Shown: positions 24,901 to 38,730 of the stretch, in pieces
Layout: each line of letters opens with the position of its first letter
Position numbering within the stretch: position 1 is the first letter of the stretch
Assembly: GCA_977030845.1 (NCBI GenBank)
Contig: OZ365109.1
Span: forward strand, 57,350,001-57,414,000
DNA length: 64,000 nucleotides
Direction: 5' to 3'
Source of the DNA: Fimbriosthenelais zetlandica
Lineage: Eukaryota
The notes under the pieces: model-generated
Databases searched by the model: none
What the model was told of the DNA's origin: nothing
Seen by the model: the letters and a program-made list of their open reading frames with translations, nothing else
Translations under genes and position numbers: made by a program

Positions 24901-26879
24901 ACATGAAACGAACTTAATTGTTGAAACCGAAAATAACATTTCGCAAGAAACACCACTTCAAGCTCAATAATAATCAGGCATTTGATTTAATTCATTGTCA
25001 TTCGATGGGAAGCAAGATTCTCTGAGAAAACCATTAGAGGTTGGTTTTGTTTCCAACTCTTCTCAAACACATTCTCCAGGAAACATACCATTCATCCTGT
25101 TCAGAGTTTCAGAAGTTCCTGAAGTTCTTAGCTAGAAGTGATGAACTTCCATGATCTTTAAAAGCTAGCTGTGGGGCTGTGGTTCGTAGTATCAATAAGA
25201 CTGGACATGTCATACACTACAAGTGTGATTCCCCCCAGTAAGGCAAGGGTCAGAGATGGGTGACCCCAGCCTACTCCCCAGAGTGACCACTAGAAGGTCA
25301 CTCCACTAGCCTCGGCTGACCTGCGGTCATCCTGATTGATGACCTTAGGTGTTGCTCTGATACGGAGTCAGGGCCGCCTCAAAGGAGGGCCATGCTCGGA
25401 CAGGGTCTAATGGGAAGGCGGTCCCTAAAAAGTCCCATCAACCAGACTTAACAACTTGAATGACATTAGATTTAAGGGGAGGAGTGGTGGAGAAAGCATG
25501 AAATAACATTGCTGACTTGCACCTCAATGAAAGGCCTATTCCAGAGCAGAGATCCTGAGAAGTAATACACTTTCTCCCCTGCTCAGTGCTGGGCGGGGGT
25601 GATTCCCGGCTAGAATGGTTCCTTTATGAGAGGAAGTGTCATCTTTCCTCACGCTTTCTGCTGATCCCCGGGGCTAAGGGCCTGGATTTATGGCATTATT
25701 ATATTTTATGGTGCACAATGTAACATGGTCTAAATGAACAAATCAAGCCATGTTATATGTGGTACCTGACTCAATAATCACCCATCATTATCCAGGAAAA
25801 GTTTCATTTTCAACCAATACCAAACTTCGATCTGAGTAAACTTTTTCAATATCCTTCCATCATTTTTATCACTGCATCATGGGACCAAAGTTGTCCGAAA
25901 CTTACAACTCTCAGAAAAGTCTTTCACAGTTTGCACTGTAAATTCCACTCTTGGTTCTGCAAATTCTGAGGAGTTGTTTTCATTATCGAGTGCCCCTCCA
26001 GAAGATGGTTTCTGCGGGTCTTGCTATATAGCAGTGCCAGCATGGTTAGACACGCCATCCGGTTATTACCCTTCTCCTGTATTAAGTGTGCATGTTCACA
26101 CCTTGACGCCAGGCCCCGAGAGATGGAGGAACATACCCCACTAGATGTCATCCTCTTGATTGGACTGCTGACCTCTCTGGCCAGCCTTGTTTGAGCTGCT
26201 CCTAGTCTTACACTTGCTCTCACACATTGCGTGTCAGGAAGTATGGGCCGAGGTCCCAGTACGCTACATGACAGCAGGCCATGGCAGCCTGACGCGTTCT
26301 GTAATAATTTACACACAGGAGAAGTATTTTTTCTGGTATTTGCCTCCAGCATATATCAAATATTCATTAAAACATATTTTCAGGGAGCTATAATACTAAG
26401 CTGAGTCCTTCATATACTTTAATAGTAAAAGCATTAAGAAAACGCTAGAATAAATTGACCAATCAATCGAAGATCTTCATATTAACATTTATACAGCCTA
26501 TTAATACAAGGCAATATACTGGAGGAGACGCAGCAGAAAACTTGTAATATTCTCATTCATAATCAGATTATCCACCATCTTTCTTTTTTGAAAGAGAAGA
26601 CGTAATATGCAGTTGCAACAATTCAACGGACAGTATAATTTCATTGGAAAGATTTTGGTTTCAAATTTGATGTGTTTGCTGAAGTGATTCAACAATTCAG
26701 ACAATAATAATCAGAACTCCAGCTAGACCTTAAAGGGCAGGAGCCATTTTTGTCGCCATTAGGGGCTCCCTATAAGCCAAATGGAAAAGAAAGAAGCCCG
26801 GGGATTATTGGCCACTTTTACTCTGTTAATGATCGTCCCTAGATTTTGACCCCCGTGATTTAACCCTGCACCAGTGGTT

Positions 26880-27705
26880 GTGGCTGACCAGTGGACAGTG
26901 GAGAAATCGGGGTTCGGGTCTGGGCTTAGCTTTACTCGCTGTGGACAGTGGAGGGTGGGGGGGGGGCGGGGGGTGAACTGAGTGAAGATTTCACACGGTG
27001 CATGATTGCTGAGGTACCACCGCTTGTGACTGACCAGTGGGCAGGGGTGAGGAAGGGGTATTTGGAAATGCGTTGTCCTATCTTTTAACCCCATGTGAAG
27101 CTTTCTACCTACTGAAGGGTTGGCTTGTAGCTTCCAACCAAACTACCCCCACCCCCTTCCCCACTCTGCTGTATGTGTGAAAGCTAAGGACCAGAGCTCT
27201 ACGATCAGTAACACATCCCCCCACCCACCCCCAAACTCCAGTCTACTTACCCAGTAACCCTAGTCCGGTGCCTCTTCACACCAACAGTCACCAAACCCGA
27301 CCCCCGCCCCCAATCTCTAAGCAATAGGCGAACGAGAGAGCGTGTCCTGTATGTGTGAAAGCTAAGGCCTGTCATGTACAGTGCCTCGAACCCACCACCA
27401 GCTACTCCCACCCCATCCGACTCTTAGCTTTTACTTGTGGCTTCACGCTTCACTGGTTTTCAGCCCCCCCCCCCCCCCCCCACCCCTGCCTGGTGACTCT
27501 TCCGTGTAGCCCCCACCTCCCCTGCTATAGACACACACACTGACAGCACTGCCGGAGGGGTGTAGTAGTGAGGGTAGCTGAGTGGCGGGTTCGAGGCACA
27601 GTCTGGGTCATAGCTTTTACCTTCACACTCCAGTGGTTTTATGTACTGCTTCAATATCTCAGTACCCCTACCCCGAGAGTCTGTTGCGTGTGTAAAAGCT
27701 GGAGC
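26880..27705. repeat. Modular GC-rich direct/inverted repeat cassette with G- and C-tracts
   Basis: Exact 21-bp direct repeat ctgtatgtgtgaaagctaagg at 27169 and 27347. Inverse tagcttt(t)ac copies near 26927, 27425 and 27611. About 30-bp inverted repeat at 27381-27410 vs 27570-27599. G-runs at 26953-26973 and C18 at 27464-27481. Confidence 0.8.
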
Positions 27706-27720
27706 CCTGGTACTAATTTA

Positions 27721-27894
27721 TACAGTCGACTCTCCTTATTATGGTCACCCAGCGTTCTGAGCAAAACCGACCATTTTTAAGGTCTAACCACTGAGGAATA
27801 GTAGGATAAGATACACCTCCGTTCTGAGAAAAATTGACCATAATCGGGGTGTGACCACTTACGGTCCGTGACCACTAAGGAGGAGTGGATTGAA
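27721..27894. mobile_element. Tc1/mariner-pogo(Tigger)-type MITE, degenerate, about 170 bp
   Basis: Left end TA|CAGTCGACTCTCCTTATTATGGTCAC is a typical pogo/Tigger-like start with a TA target duplication. The right end GTGACCACTAAGGAGGAGTGGATTG (27868-27892) is an imperfect reverse complement. There are internal GACCA subrepeats and no ORF. The right TA is mutated to AA. Confidence 0.6.
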
Positions 27895-30800
27895 TATACA
27901 AGAAAATGAAGCCATACAAATACAACTTTCATGAAGCCATACCAGAAATTTATGGTGCGCATCACTTATTAACAACTTACCAGCGCTTTATGCTTTCGGC
28001 TCGGCTGGGTATAAAAGACAGTCAGATCAGAAGTGGTGTATGTAAGCAGGACTAATAAAAGTTTGATGTATGTGCCTGGGGGAGGGACTATCTGCAGCAC
28101 ACATCACTATTATTAATGCAACATGGGAGGAACATACTGGTAAAGACATCGCCTTCAATGCATGACTAATATCCTGGTTAGCCAATCCCCAAAGCACACA
28201 TCACAAGTTGACAGTTTCATTTAGTAGCGGATGGTATTATCTGTTTCCTTGGTTAGGTCACTATGCTGTATTACACGGGCCAGACCTTATCATGACCGCG
28301 GGGCTCCTGCTCGCGGGGGCTGGCAAGTGTCGTGAGCCCATCTCATGGGAGGGCCTGTCACTGTGACACAATGCCGATAACAGAGATGGGCAGGAGGGCC
28401 AGGCTTTTTGAAATGTAGACTGGTTATTTTGCTTTGGGCATTTATGCTGTTTATAGCCTAGGGCAGAGTATAGATAAGTGGTCATAGGGTTACAGATACA
28501 TACTTTCAATTTCAGTCGAACAGAGTGCAAACCATCCTTTTGAACATAACTTAATAGTCTTGTATCAAAAGAGCTAATAATGTTCAATTAGGCTTCAACA
28601 CACGTTAGTTCCAATTGACTGAAATCAAGTGAAAAGAAAAGGAAGTTCCTCACAGACGACAGAAATACATTTGAACACACTTTGTGGAACAAAACCTGTT
28701 GCATCAAAGTTATGCAATAAGACAAAGGTTGGAAATTAAAAAGTAATAAGAGATAAAATGAGACACAATTCAACTTTGATTCTGACACAAAGCATGTGTC
28801 CTCTTTTGATTTGAACGCCATTGCATTTGAATCCAGCTGCCCATTTATTGATGTCCGATCATGAAAAGCTGTGGACCTTTCAGGGACCTGGGCTTGGATA
28901 AGAGAGCAATGATAAATGAAAGCTCTGAATTCCATTCCTGGCTTATTCTCCTCAGCAAAAGAACAAAGGTGGACGCCACTTTTATCTTCATCAGTCAGAC
29001 AAAACTGGAGAAGCAACATTACTTTTTCTTGTGAAGAAACTTTAAACTGAAACTAAGTTACAAATGGTCTGAAAAATGATGAAGTGCACGACAAGAGCTG
29101 TCGTTTTTGGTGTCATGTATTAGCTTCACAAAACATATCGGAAGCCACATACAACAAAAAAGCTAGTTCTTACAGAAAGCAATTAAGGGCTGCAATGACA
29201 GCTATATGTTTTCAGCATAAGCTCAGCTGCATTTTCTTTTTAAATGCAAGCATATGGTCTTGCATTGAAATGCAATATCAAAGCCAGCAGCCAAGGATAA
29301 GGAAGGCATGCAGACCAGGGACCCAGGATAATTGGCAAATAAAAAGAACAAACTTCATATCATTGTTCATTAAGACACTGACAGCACCGGATATTAACCT
29401 TTTGTTGCTGACGCTAAAGGAGAGCCAGTAACCTGTCGAAACCGACCAATAGAAATCCAGCAGAGAGTCAGCAAAACGACATTGAAAATGACGTCACGAG
29501 AACGAGCCTCTGCTTAAAAATGTCGAATCCAAAGTGGACGTAACAAGGCAATCCAGGAAAGGTGCCGCTTCCAGGGGGAAGCCCAAACTGCGTGGCTGAG
29601 AATATGGCTCATGAATTAGCAATCCTAACAAGCTAGTTGGCTGACAGCCCGAACATGTGCAAAGGAAGCCAATGACAAGCAAGAATGATGGTAAAGACCA
29701 GCAGGAGATGTTTGCCTGCTAGGAACTAAGGTGAACTTCAGAAAACAATTGCAAGGAAAGAGACTTGAGAAGTTACGAAGACACGCAATGAGCAAGATTC
29801 AGGAAGGGGGATAAATCAGACTTACTGAAGGCCAACCACTTCAATTTATCAAAACACGAAGCCATTTGTCAAATGAGCGTTTTTCAGGGGTAAATACAAG
29901 AGAGCAGGGTACTTCAATATTGTGGCATGTTGCTTGCTTGTTCAATCAATGATCTAGGCCAACTCCTTTTCCTGCCGGAAGCCCATCGCCCTTGTTCACA
30001 TAAGGGACAGGGGGTAAAAACCTCAAGGTGTATTTCTTACCAAACCAAATTGGATCTGTCATTCTAGCTGCCCTTCCTGCTGATCCAATGTGGACGAGCA
30101 CCTCGCTTCTAATCTTAACTTCATCATAAAATATAACAGAATCAATAGGAGGGAGCAAAAATCGATGTGGAAGGTAATTAGCTTTTTACACTCGTGATGG
30201 GAACTTCGATCTGGGTCTCTCCGGCTGTTATATGTTCCCCAAATCTCATTGGATGCAGCATAATGACGTCATCGATTCCAGTGGTAATCCCCAAGCAATC
30301 GATGGGTGAAAATTGCTCTGCTGATTGAATTTTGGAACTGTCTGCCACTTTGGGGCTGGGGATGGATTGAATTAGTTCTAAAGGAGGGAGAGTTTACCAC
30401 ACAGGTAGGCCTGGCTCGTTACTCAGGGCAGGGCACATTTTATGCGGTTACCGGAGAGATGCAAATATTGCCTTTCCCGGCTTTTCCACGCTTGGAGAAC
30501 ATGCATAATCTCACAAATAGTGTTAGGCGAGCAATAGCTGCAGGCATGCAATATTTGCAGAGATGGTGATTGGGTTATGGTCAATTAGATAAATCCCTGT
30601 GAAGCTTATAGATCTATGTATGGGATGGAATGACCAGTGCTGAGGCATATAGCTGGGCATATCATATGAAAGCACTGCTCTATATTATTATGATGATGGG
30701 CTGAACTGAGACATGGTAACATAGTTTAGAGACAAGGCTGCAACTTTTTGTAGCTATACATTATCTGACGAATTCACAATACATGTATGTATATAGGCCA

Positions 30801-33800
30801 TAAATCAATGAGAATATTCTAGTTACACATTGGTTGGTGGGGTGTACGGGGACAAAGACTTAATTTGGAAGTAAACCAGTGAAAATCTGCTTGCAATGTG
30901 GGCACAGAAGCCATGTCAGGGCCTTTTTGTCAGAAGGAGCTGGCGATCTCAGTGTTTGCGAAGTGCAACCGCGACTGAAGGCATAATCTGACAAAGCATA
31001 GATATTTTATACAAGATTACATAATCAACAAAATCTTGGCTTTATATTATGGAGATAAATAATAAGGTGAAAATAATAAATAATACTAATGTGAAAAGTT
31101 AACTAGCTATAGCTACGGGAAAGGAACTAAGCAAAGTTTCATAAAGAATACATGTATTCCCACAATTGGCTCAGTGATCATTTGAAAACAGCCACTTTTG
31201 TTGAAAAAAAAACAACTTTATTTTCCATGTATTTTTTCAGCCCTTTTCCGACGCCCACTTGAGCAGAACCCGGCCTCAGGAAGGAACTTCTTCCCCCTCT
31301 TGATTGCCAGGTAATCTATAATCACTTTCTCCACTCAAGGTAAAAAGCCCTACAAGAGGCGCGCGTGGAGGAGCCCCGGGCAAAAATCTCACCACAAAAT
31401 TACACTCTTTAGTTCCCCAAAACAGGCAAATTTCAACAAAGGCCCCACCTTTTGAAATCATGATTTGCCAGAACTGAAAAGATGAACAAGCCTGGGGACA
31501 AAAGCTTTCTGCATTCACTCTGTTAGTGGACTAACAAGTGAAAACATCCCTGATCCCTAAACCAATTTCTATTGTAATTGAAATCGTATAAACAAAATAT
31601 AAGCCTTACATGTAAGTTGAAATTACTGAAAGGAAGGCAATCCGAGATTTGGAGTATCTTTTAAAAGAAACAGCTAGGAGGAAACCGAAGAATCCATGTA
31701 ACATATGACGCAGAGAACAGATCAAATTTTTAATTCTTATTTTGATCCTTCCAAAAGTCCCTGTATATAAAATGCAAAACGTTATGCCCAACATATCAAA
31801 AAGACAGACTTGTTTAATTAAAAATGTTATTGAACAGATCTCATTAGATAGAAAGGGCTTATAAGAAACTTCTCCTTCGTCTTCACATTAGTATTGCCGC
31901 CAGAGACGAGTCAGAGATTCACATGAGGTAAATGGCAGATTTAGTGGCAGGTTTATATAGTGTATGAGAGAGGGGTGGTAATGGTAGTGAATATTTTCCC
32001 TGCACCATGATCAGACGCCTTAGGGGCCCATCACTGACAATCTATATAAGATCAACTCCCCTCCCACTACCCAAGCTCATTTTACAGTCACTCAATCCTA
32101 CGAATACTATATGGCTGCCTAACCCCCAAAACACAACTCTCATACGAATACGCATTCAGAGGTATCATATATATATGTCCTAAAATCAGCTTCGTACACT
32201 GTTACTCAATTTTCAAGAAAGTAGGTTTAATCAAAACAGATTAAATGTAGAATAAATCCTTATATATATATTTAGTGATCACAGATTTGCAGTCAAATAT
32301 GCGATCTATAACTAAACCAATGTATCAGCAGCAAAAAATTATCTGTTCCCTCTTGTTTCTCCCTATTAAAAACAAAAAAAGGTTATCCTGAACAGATGCT
32401 TTTGTATAGGATCTAGATTTAGATGCCAATAGGGCAGCTATTGGGAGAAGGCATCTGAGGGTCACACCATCAAATGTAGCGGTGGCGGGCGGACGAAGCG
32501 TGATGGCATTTTTTCTGTCTGGTGAGGTTTATGGTAATGAGACAGGGGAGGATCTATATAAGGTTTTTAACCCATTGATAGCCATCTGGATATACCTGGC
32601 CTAGTTCCTTCACCTCCTCCTGGCCCCGTGAAAATTTGTGGATACAACATCAGTAATCTTGGTGAAGCCTCTATCAGGGAATTAGTCAATGTTCGTCTAA
32701 ACGAGTATAATACATGGATATAGTTTTAATATTGAAGTACACATTAATATGTTTATTATGCATTTAAGAATTAAATAGTGTATAATTCCTCCATGCTTGT
32801 CCAACCTAGAACATAGCAATAACATGACCAACCTTAGCAAGATAAACACTGACGAGTGTAATAGGAATAAAAATTGTAACGAAAAGGCTAGTTTACACCC
32901 GGAAAGTGACCAGCACCCCTCGAGACTCAGACCTGCTTTGGCAAACAGGCCACGTAAGATCCCAAACTAAATTTACGACACAGGGGGCCACCAGCTCTGT
33001 CAATGTCATTGATTCAGTCATCAAGTTATAGCTAACGCTCGCTTACTTTCTTGGACCAGTGCTACACTCTGAGGATTTCCAGACGTGTCTTACAAGCTAG
33101 ACCAGAGGATGGAGTGACTTTCCTGTCATGCATTGCTTCCATGGGATTTGAATTAACGACCCAATTTGTAGCAATTAATCGAGGTGCACACTGAACAGGC
33201 AATCCCGCTGTGAACCATTTGGTATCATTGAATGATTTTTTCCCCTCGGTAAATGTCCCCAGGAGAGCCACTTGTTAAAAATGACTGGGGAAGTCAACTG
33301 TTAAGAGGTAGTAGAAAGAATTCTGGTTTTTCGTACAACTTTGATGAGCTGAAGTCTCCCCATCCACAACACTCCGATTACGGAACAAAAAGTACATAAA
33401 TATTCAGGTTCCTCTCAGATATAAGTGCTATATATATTGGAATGTCTTGTGCACGGTGTCTTGATACCAGTATGTGTGCCCTGCTCAATAATGTTAAATC
33501 GGAAATGGGAATCAATCAGTGTTACAACTAAATCATCATTTTCACAAGTGACCCAGGAACGCGTTGACCATTCATCAAATGGTCAGAAGTACAAACTGAC
33601 TTTTACAAATCCCTCTCTCAGTATCCTGACCACTTCTGTATATGTACGCCCACTGCACTAATACAAGCCAGTCAATGCCTTCTTTAAGTAACAACTTCAT
33701 GGGCCAATAACCGGACAGATCTCAAATGGACGCCGATCCGAGAAATCCTTTTGTTTGGAAGCCCGGACCAACCGAGTGGAGAAGGCGATGAAGGGAGAAG

Positions 33801-35072
33801 AGGAGAGGAGGTAGAGGGTTGACAGGTCTGAGAGAGGGACTGACGGATGGTTCAGGGGGAACATACCGGGGACGAAATGCTTGAGACAGCCTACTCTACA
33901 ACAGCTGAGAGCAGTCCCCGGGTGAAGAGAGGCCAGGGCGCCTTCATGAATACAGCTTTGACATTCTGGCAGAGGAATGGCAGGAGCAATATCCCTCAGC
34001 TTGACTGAACCACACTATAATGAATACACATCAGCAGATCTATCAGACTCATAAATATATAAGGCTACCAGGGTTAAAAGGCAAATGCTCCTTCTTCGTC
34101 TCTACAAGGGTCTGACCATGGATCTTCTTCAATGTTTTTCCATTGTATCAATACTATTTCCAAACACAGTAAATCTGCACAAAAATGTTATATACAACAT
34201 GGAAATCTATTATTGTTATCAGGTCAATAATCAATATAGATGAATCGTTCATCATTTGATTATCTGATATTGGGGATATAACTTTGGACAAAAGGTCATC
34301 AGGGAAGCACCATGCACCGAGAAGGAAACAATTTCCTTTAGCAAGACCTTATGTCTGGCTTATCAAAGGATATGATGCAGAAAAAAGCAAATTATATATA
34401 TGTTCATATATAAAGACCTCAAGGGAGATGTAAGCAAGTATAGAACTTTCCTTTCCTAAGAGTAAATGCCAGAGGTCATTTAGAATCAGTGTCCTTTGTG
34501 CATTTGGACAGGGCAAAACAGTTCTGAGGTCCAGTCATCAGTATCTGTTTCTAGAGTGGCTAGTAAATGAAGGCAAGAGCTCTCATTACTGCCAGACATT
34601 TGACCGATGTGTCCACTAGAATCAGACAAATTTCCTCTCCCGCATGCCGCTTTGCGTGACGCGGCCAGAAGGGACTTGAGCTCCTATTGCCTTTCTCGGT
34701 ATATAGACAAAGCAGAAGCTCCTAAAGGTATGGATCTGTATTCTTTCACATATGAAGTGGATCTTCATAAAGGAGCTTTAGTTAGATCCATTTCTATAAA
34801 CCCAATAAGTTGTTTTCGAAATTATTTACCAATCCAAATTGAAGTACTTCTTCATTTAAACTGAAATTATAGTATTATATTGTGTTTGTTTTGCAAATTA
34901 TAGTCATGTAAATAGGATATATAAATAAGTGTATACATGTGCCATAAAAATTGTATTTCGCAAGCTCAACAAGCCAAACAGGGTTTTATCTTTCCTATCA
35001 TTGTCATACATTGTAATGTTATTGTATACTTGCGTACTTAATCGTTTAACTCTCCAATAAAAGGATATACTT

Positions 35073-35600
35073 TATGGAGCCTTGACAAAATCAAGATTTT
35101 TATATACTACTTTAATACCTGGTCGAAGAGGGGGGGTGGGCAAGTTCACTTTAATAATATAAGTACATAAAGCCTACAATATATGGCTCTATGGAAAATA
35201 ATGCATCTAAATAAATGCTTAGATGGTCCAATAGGAATATTTGTCAAATTCATTCAATTTTGTTCCATAATATTATTGCCTAGTCCTGGAATTTTTTAGA
35301 GCTTGGATAAGATCAATATTTGATATACTACTTCAACCGTCTGAAGGAGCCAATTCACTATAATACTACTACATAAAGGATTATATAATATACACTCCAT
35401 GGAAAATTACGCATCTAAATCAATGCTCGGTGGCCCACTAAGAAGCTCATTCCACCAAGAAACTTGTTAATTCCCCCTCTACCCATGATATGGAGCCTGG
35501 ATAAAGTCAAGATTTATATATACTACTTCAATGCGTACCTGGGTCAAATAGGCAATTCACTATACTACTTACAGAAATATCTACGACTCTATGGAAAATC
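35073..35600. repeat. Degenerate tandem repeat of about 200 bp, about 2.6 copies
   Basis: Landmarks recur: atatactactt at 35102, 35323 and 35518; atggaaaat at 35191, 35399 and 35591; gcatctaaat at 35203 and 35411. Confidence 0.85.
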
Positions 35601-38600
35601 TTCGGCAAGAATAAAATGAAAACGGTGGGATTTGAATTGATAATGAATAATTATTTTGTGAATGTATGGCAGAAATAAGTTTGCAGATGAATAAAAAGAG
35701 TGCAGTTACATTCAGTTTCAGTGAAATCCCCAAAACGCTCATGTCCCTTTCAAGATTAGATTAAAACTTCATTTTAGAAAGGCACCATGAAGACAGATGA
35801 ATGCACCGTCTCTCATATGAATGAAATACAATGGAACAATACAAATGAAGACAATGTATTGCAGCCAACCATGTAAGAGACAATCAAACCGCAGAAAACG
35901 CTGGTTTATTCATAATCTCGGTAAGGCAAACAATCATCTGAACATCGGGATGAGAGATAATGAAATCAACAGTGGTTGAATGTACCACTGCATGAAGTAT
36001 GCATAGTCATCAGAATCCAACACATGGCCAAAGACCCTCAATTCAGGATTAATGTATTTGAAGGGGGGAATATGATATAGAGAAAGATACTGAATGATAT
36101 GGATAGGCAGGCCTAGTCCATACTTAACTCTGGCCACAATACAAACGCTTCCCGAGGGACCAGTTTCTGTTGTGTCCGAGCCGCTTTCATCCGTCTCCTC
36201 TGACTCCAGTCTCCAATAGCCTACCGCTGGGCTGTAACTATATTATCAGAATGTAATCAAATTACACACACAGTTAAGCTCGCTTCACTTTGGCTGCATG
36301 TGATAAATATTCCCGGCTGAAGCCAGCAGAGGCTCGGATTGAAGGCGGAGAGAGGGCTGGGTGCTTTGTTTTGATTACAGGAATCGGGTCTTGACCAATA
36401 GGTTGGTAATCCAAGAATACCAAAAGAATCAGTCCCTGTGTGATTAAATATACAGGAATGTATTGAGAAGGACGCCTTTATAATGTAGGATAAGCCGTTC
36501 ATGTCGGACATCTGTACAATAGGACACTGTAGCTGTTAAAGCAGTAGTCGAATGCATAAAGCCAAATCAAGGGATTCATTCAGCAACAAACTGCACTACA
36601 TTTCAATAGCACATTTTCTACATTCAAGTCATGATCCTGCACTTCTGATCATTCTCAGTGAACCAGCAATACGCACAGAAAAGATTCTAAAAAGTACAGA
36701 GAATATCTGGGTGAAAGACCAATTGCCTTTCCCCTAACTAGTAAGCCAGTAGTATCAAATGACTTTGTAAGCAATTCACTTCATACTGAATCCAGTGACA
36801 TGTACACTGCTATAGAGAGGTGTATAGAAGTAAAACGAGCTGGGGACTAAGAGGTTAAGCCCGAGGCCAATTCATAGGACTGTTAAAAACTCTAGCTAAA
36901 TCCAGATAGTTCACCTGAGGTAAACATATCTATTATTGATACTACAGACGATTATGACCTTTTAGGAAAGATAAAAGTCAGAATCTCGTATATGAAGGCC
37001 TTATTAATCATCGAACATAACTCAGACCGTCATTTGTATGTCTGGTTATTATCTTGTTAGTTATTCTAATTAGTCAATCATTAATCATTAATTCTCCTTT
37101 GGAATTGAAGTGCCTCTAAGGCACTCAGAATCACTGTCAGTCACTGAGAATTCATTTGCAAAATGATTACCAAATGTCTATAATGTTCTTGGGTGTAATT
37201 TATTTGTAATTTATTTGGGGGGAAAATATAAGATACCAATACGAAAATACAAAAAATACAAACAGATCAGGAATCGCAATATGTATGCCCCTACAGTGTG
37301 TCCCAAGAGGTCTTGGGGAAGTCCATATCCATCTACTTTGTCGGGACTTGCAGTCTCAGCACAAATCTTCATTCAATTTTCCATTAAAAGCGTCTCTTAA
37401 ATTCAGACAAATTCTTTCTTAATGATGATTTCTGCATCTTTTTCCCAGACTAAATGCGGCATTCTGTGGACTGGTGGAAAGATGAGCACAGACACCCAGA
37501 ACCCACCACAATCTGGTTTTTGACAGGTCCACGTGTTACCGAGCACTCTGCAAAAAGATCCCCTCTGATGGACGACCCCCAGCATGCTTTTGTGAAATGA
37601 TACAATGCCCCACGCCCTAAATGCAGGCAATATTAAATTCAGAGGAAGAATTAGGGCCAAGAAGTGGTTGGTATTGGGCGCCCAATTAGGCAGGAGGAGC
37701 ACGCTTGGCAGAGTAATGATGACTGAAGATCAACATAAGTGATTTATATTGCAGGAAAATTAAATATCAATGGTGCATTCAATTACGTAGGAGCATCGCT
37801 AAAAACTGAGCATTAAAATTAACTTGAAAGGGGTCCCTACTTGAAAGCTTTCAGACTAGGAACATAAATGTCCCAAGGAGACATGGATGGACCTGTTTCA
37901 GTTATTTCCCTTTTCTCAAATATTCCTGTGGAAAAATATTTTGAAATTATTTTCAATTTCCTTTAAAAAACAGATTATGAAAAAATGTAAACATTTTATT
38001 ATCCCGAGAATAAAAGTAGTCTTCCTTTGATCTCTGCTTATTATAAAATATTCGGGAGAATAAAATAATGATTGGGTGTTGTTCGGCGAGCAGTCAGCTA
38101 GGTCGGTTTAAGTGGGGAACACTTTATATATTTGATATTTTAGACAGCAATACTGGGCAAAGAATGACAATTGTCAATTTGGAGAATAAGAATGCTAGTA
38201 GACTTTCTACATTGAAGTCGAACACTTTACCTAAGACATAGTCTAACCCGAGTTCTAACGGCTCAATGTGACATGCACTGAATCAGCCTGGATATGAACT
38301 CTAGACGGTCATTAGCTCAAATGAGTGGCATCAGTTAAAACTGTCATGTTAAAGCAATCCCCTGACGTCCACCTGATCTCACCGAGGTAATTGGACAATT
38401 TCTTATGTAATAACCTTAAATGCCTCACTTAGCCCCCGGAAATAAAGGGTTAATCGAATTATGAATATTTGATTCGACCATCAAACTGGGCTGAAAGGAT
38501 CTTAAAAGCTTAAACGAGGGATTGTGTGAAGGGTACTGGGGCCAGACTATTAAGTTTGCATTCCAAGACGCAAATTGCGGTCAGATTTCTGGCTCGAAAC

Positions 38601-38730
38601 AGAAACTAATTTACCTTCTATTCCATAAATATATTCCATTTAAATAATCATACATATTTCTATCAGTTCATTGATCATTTGAGTGAAGTGAATTTACACT
38701 ACCTTAATTCGTACATGATGACATACTGGT

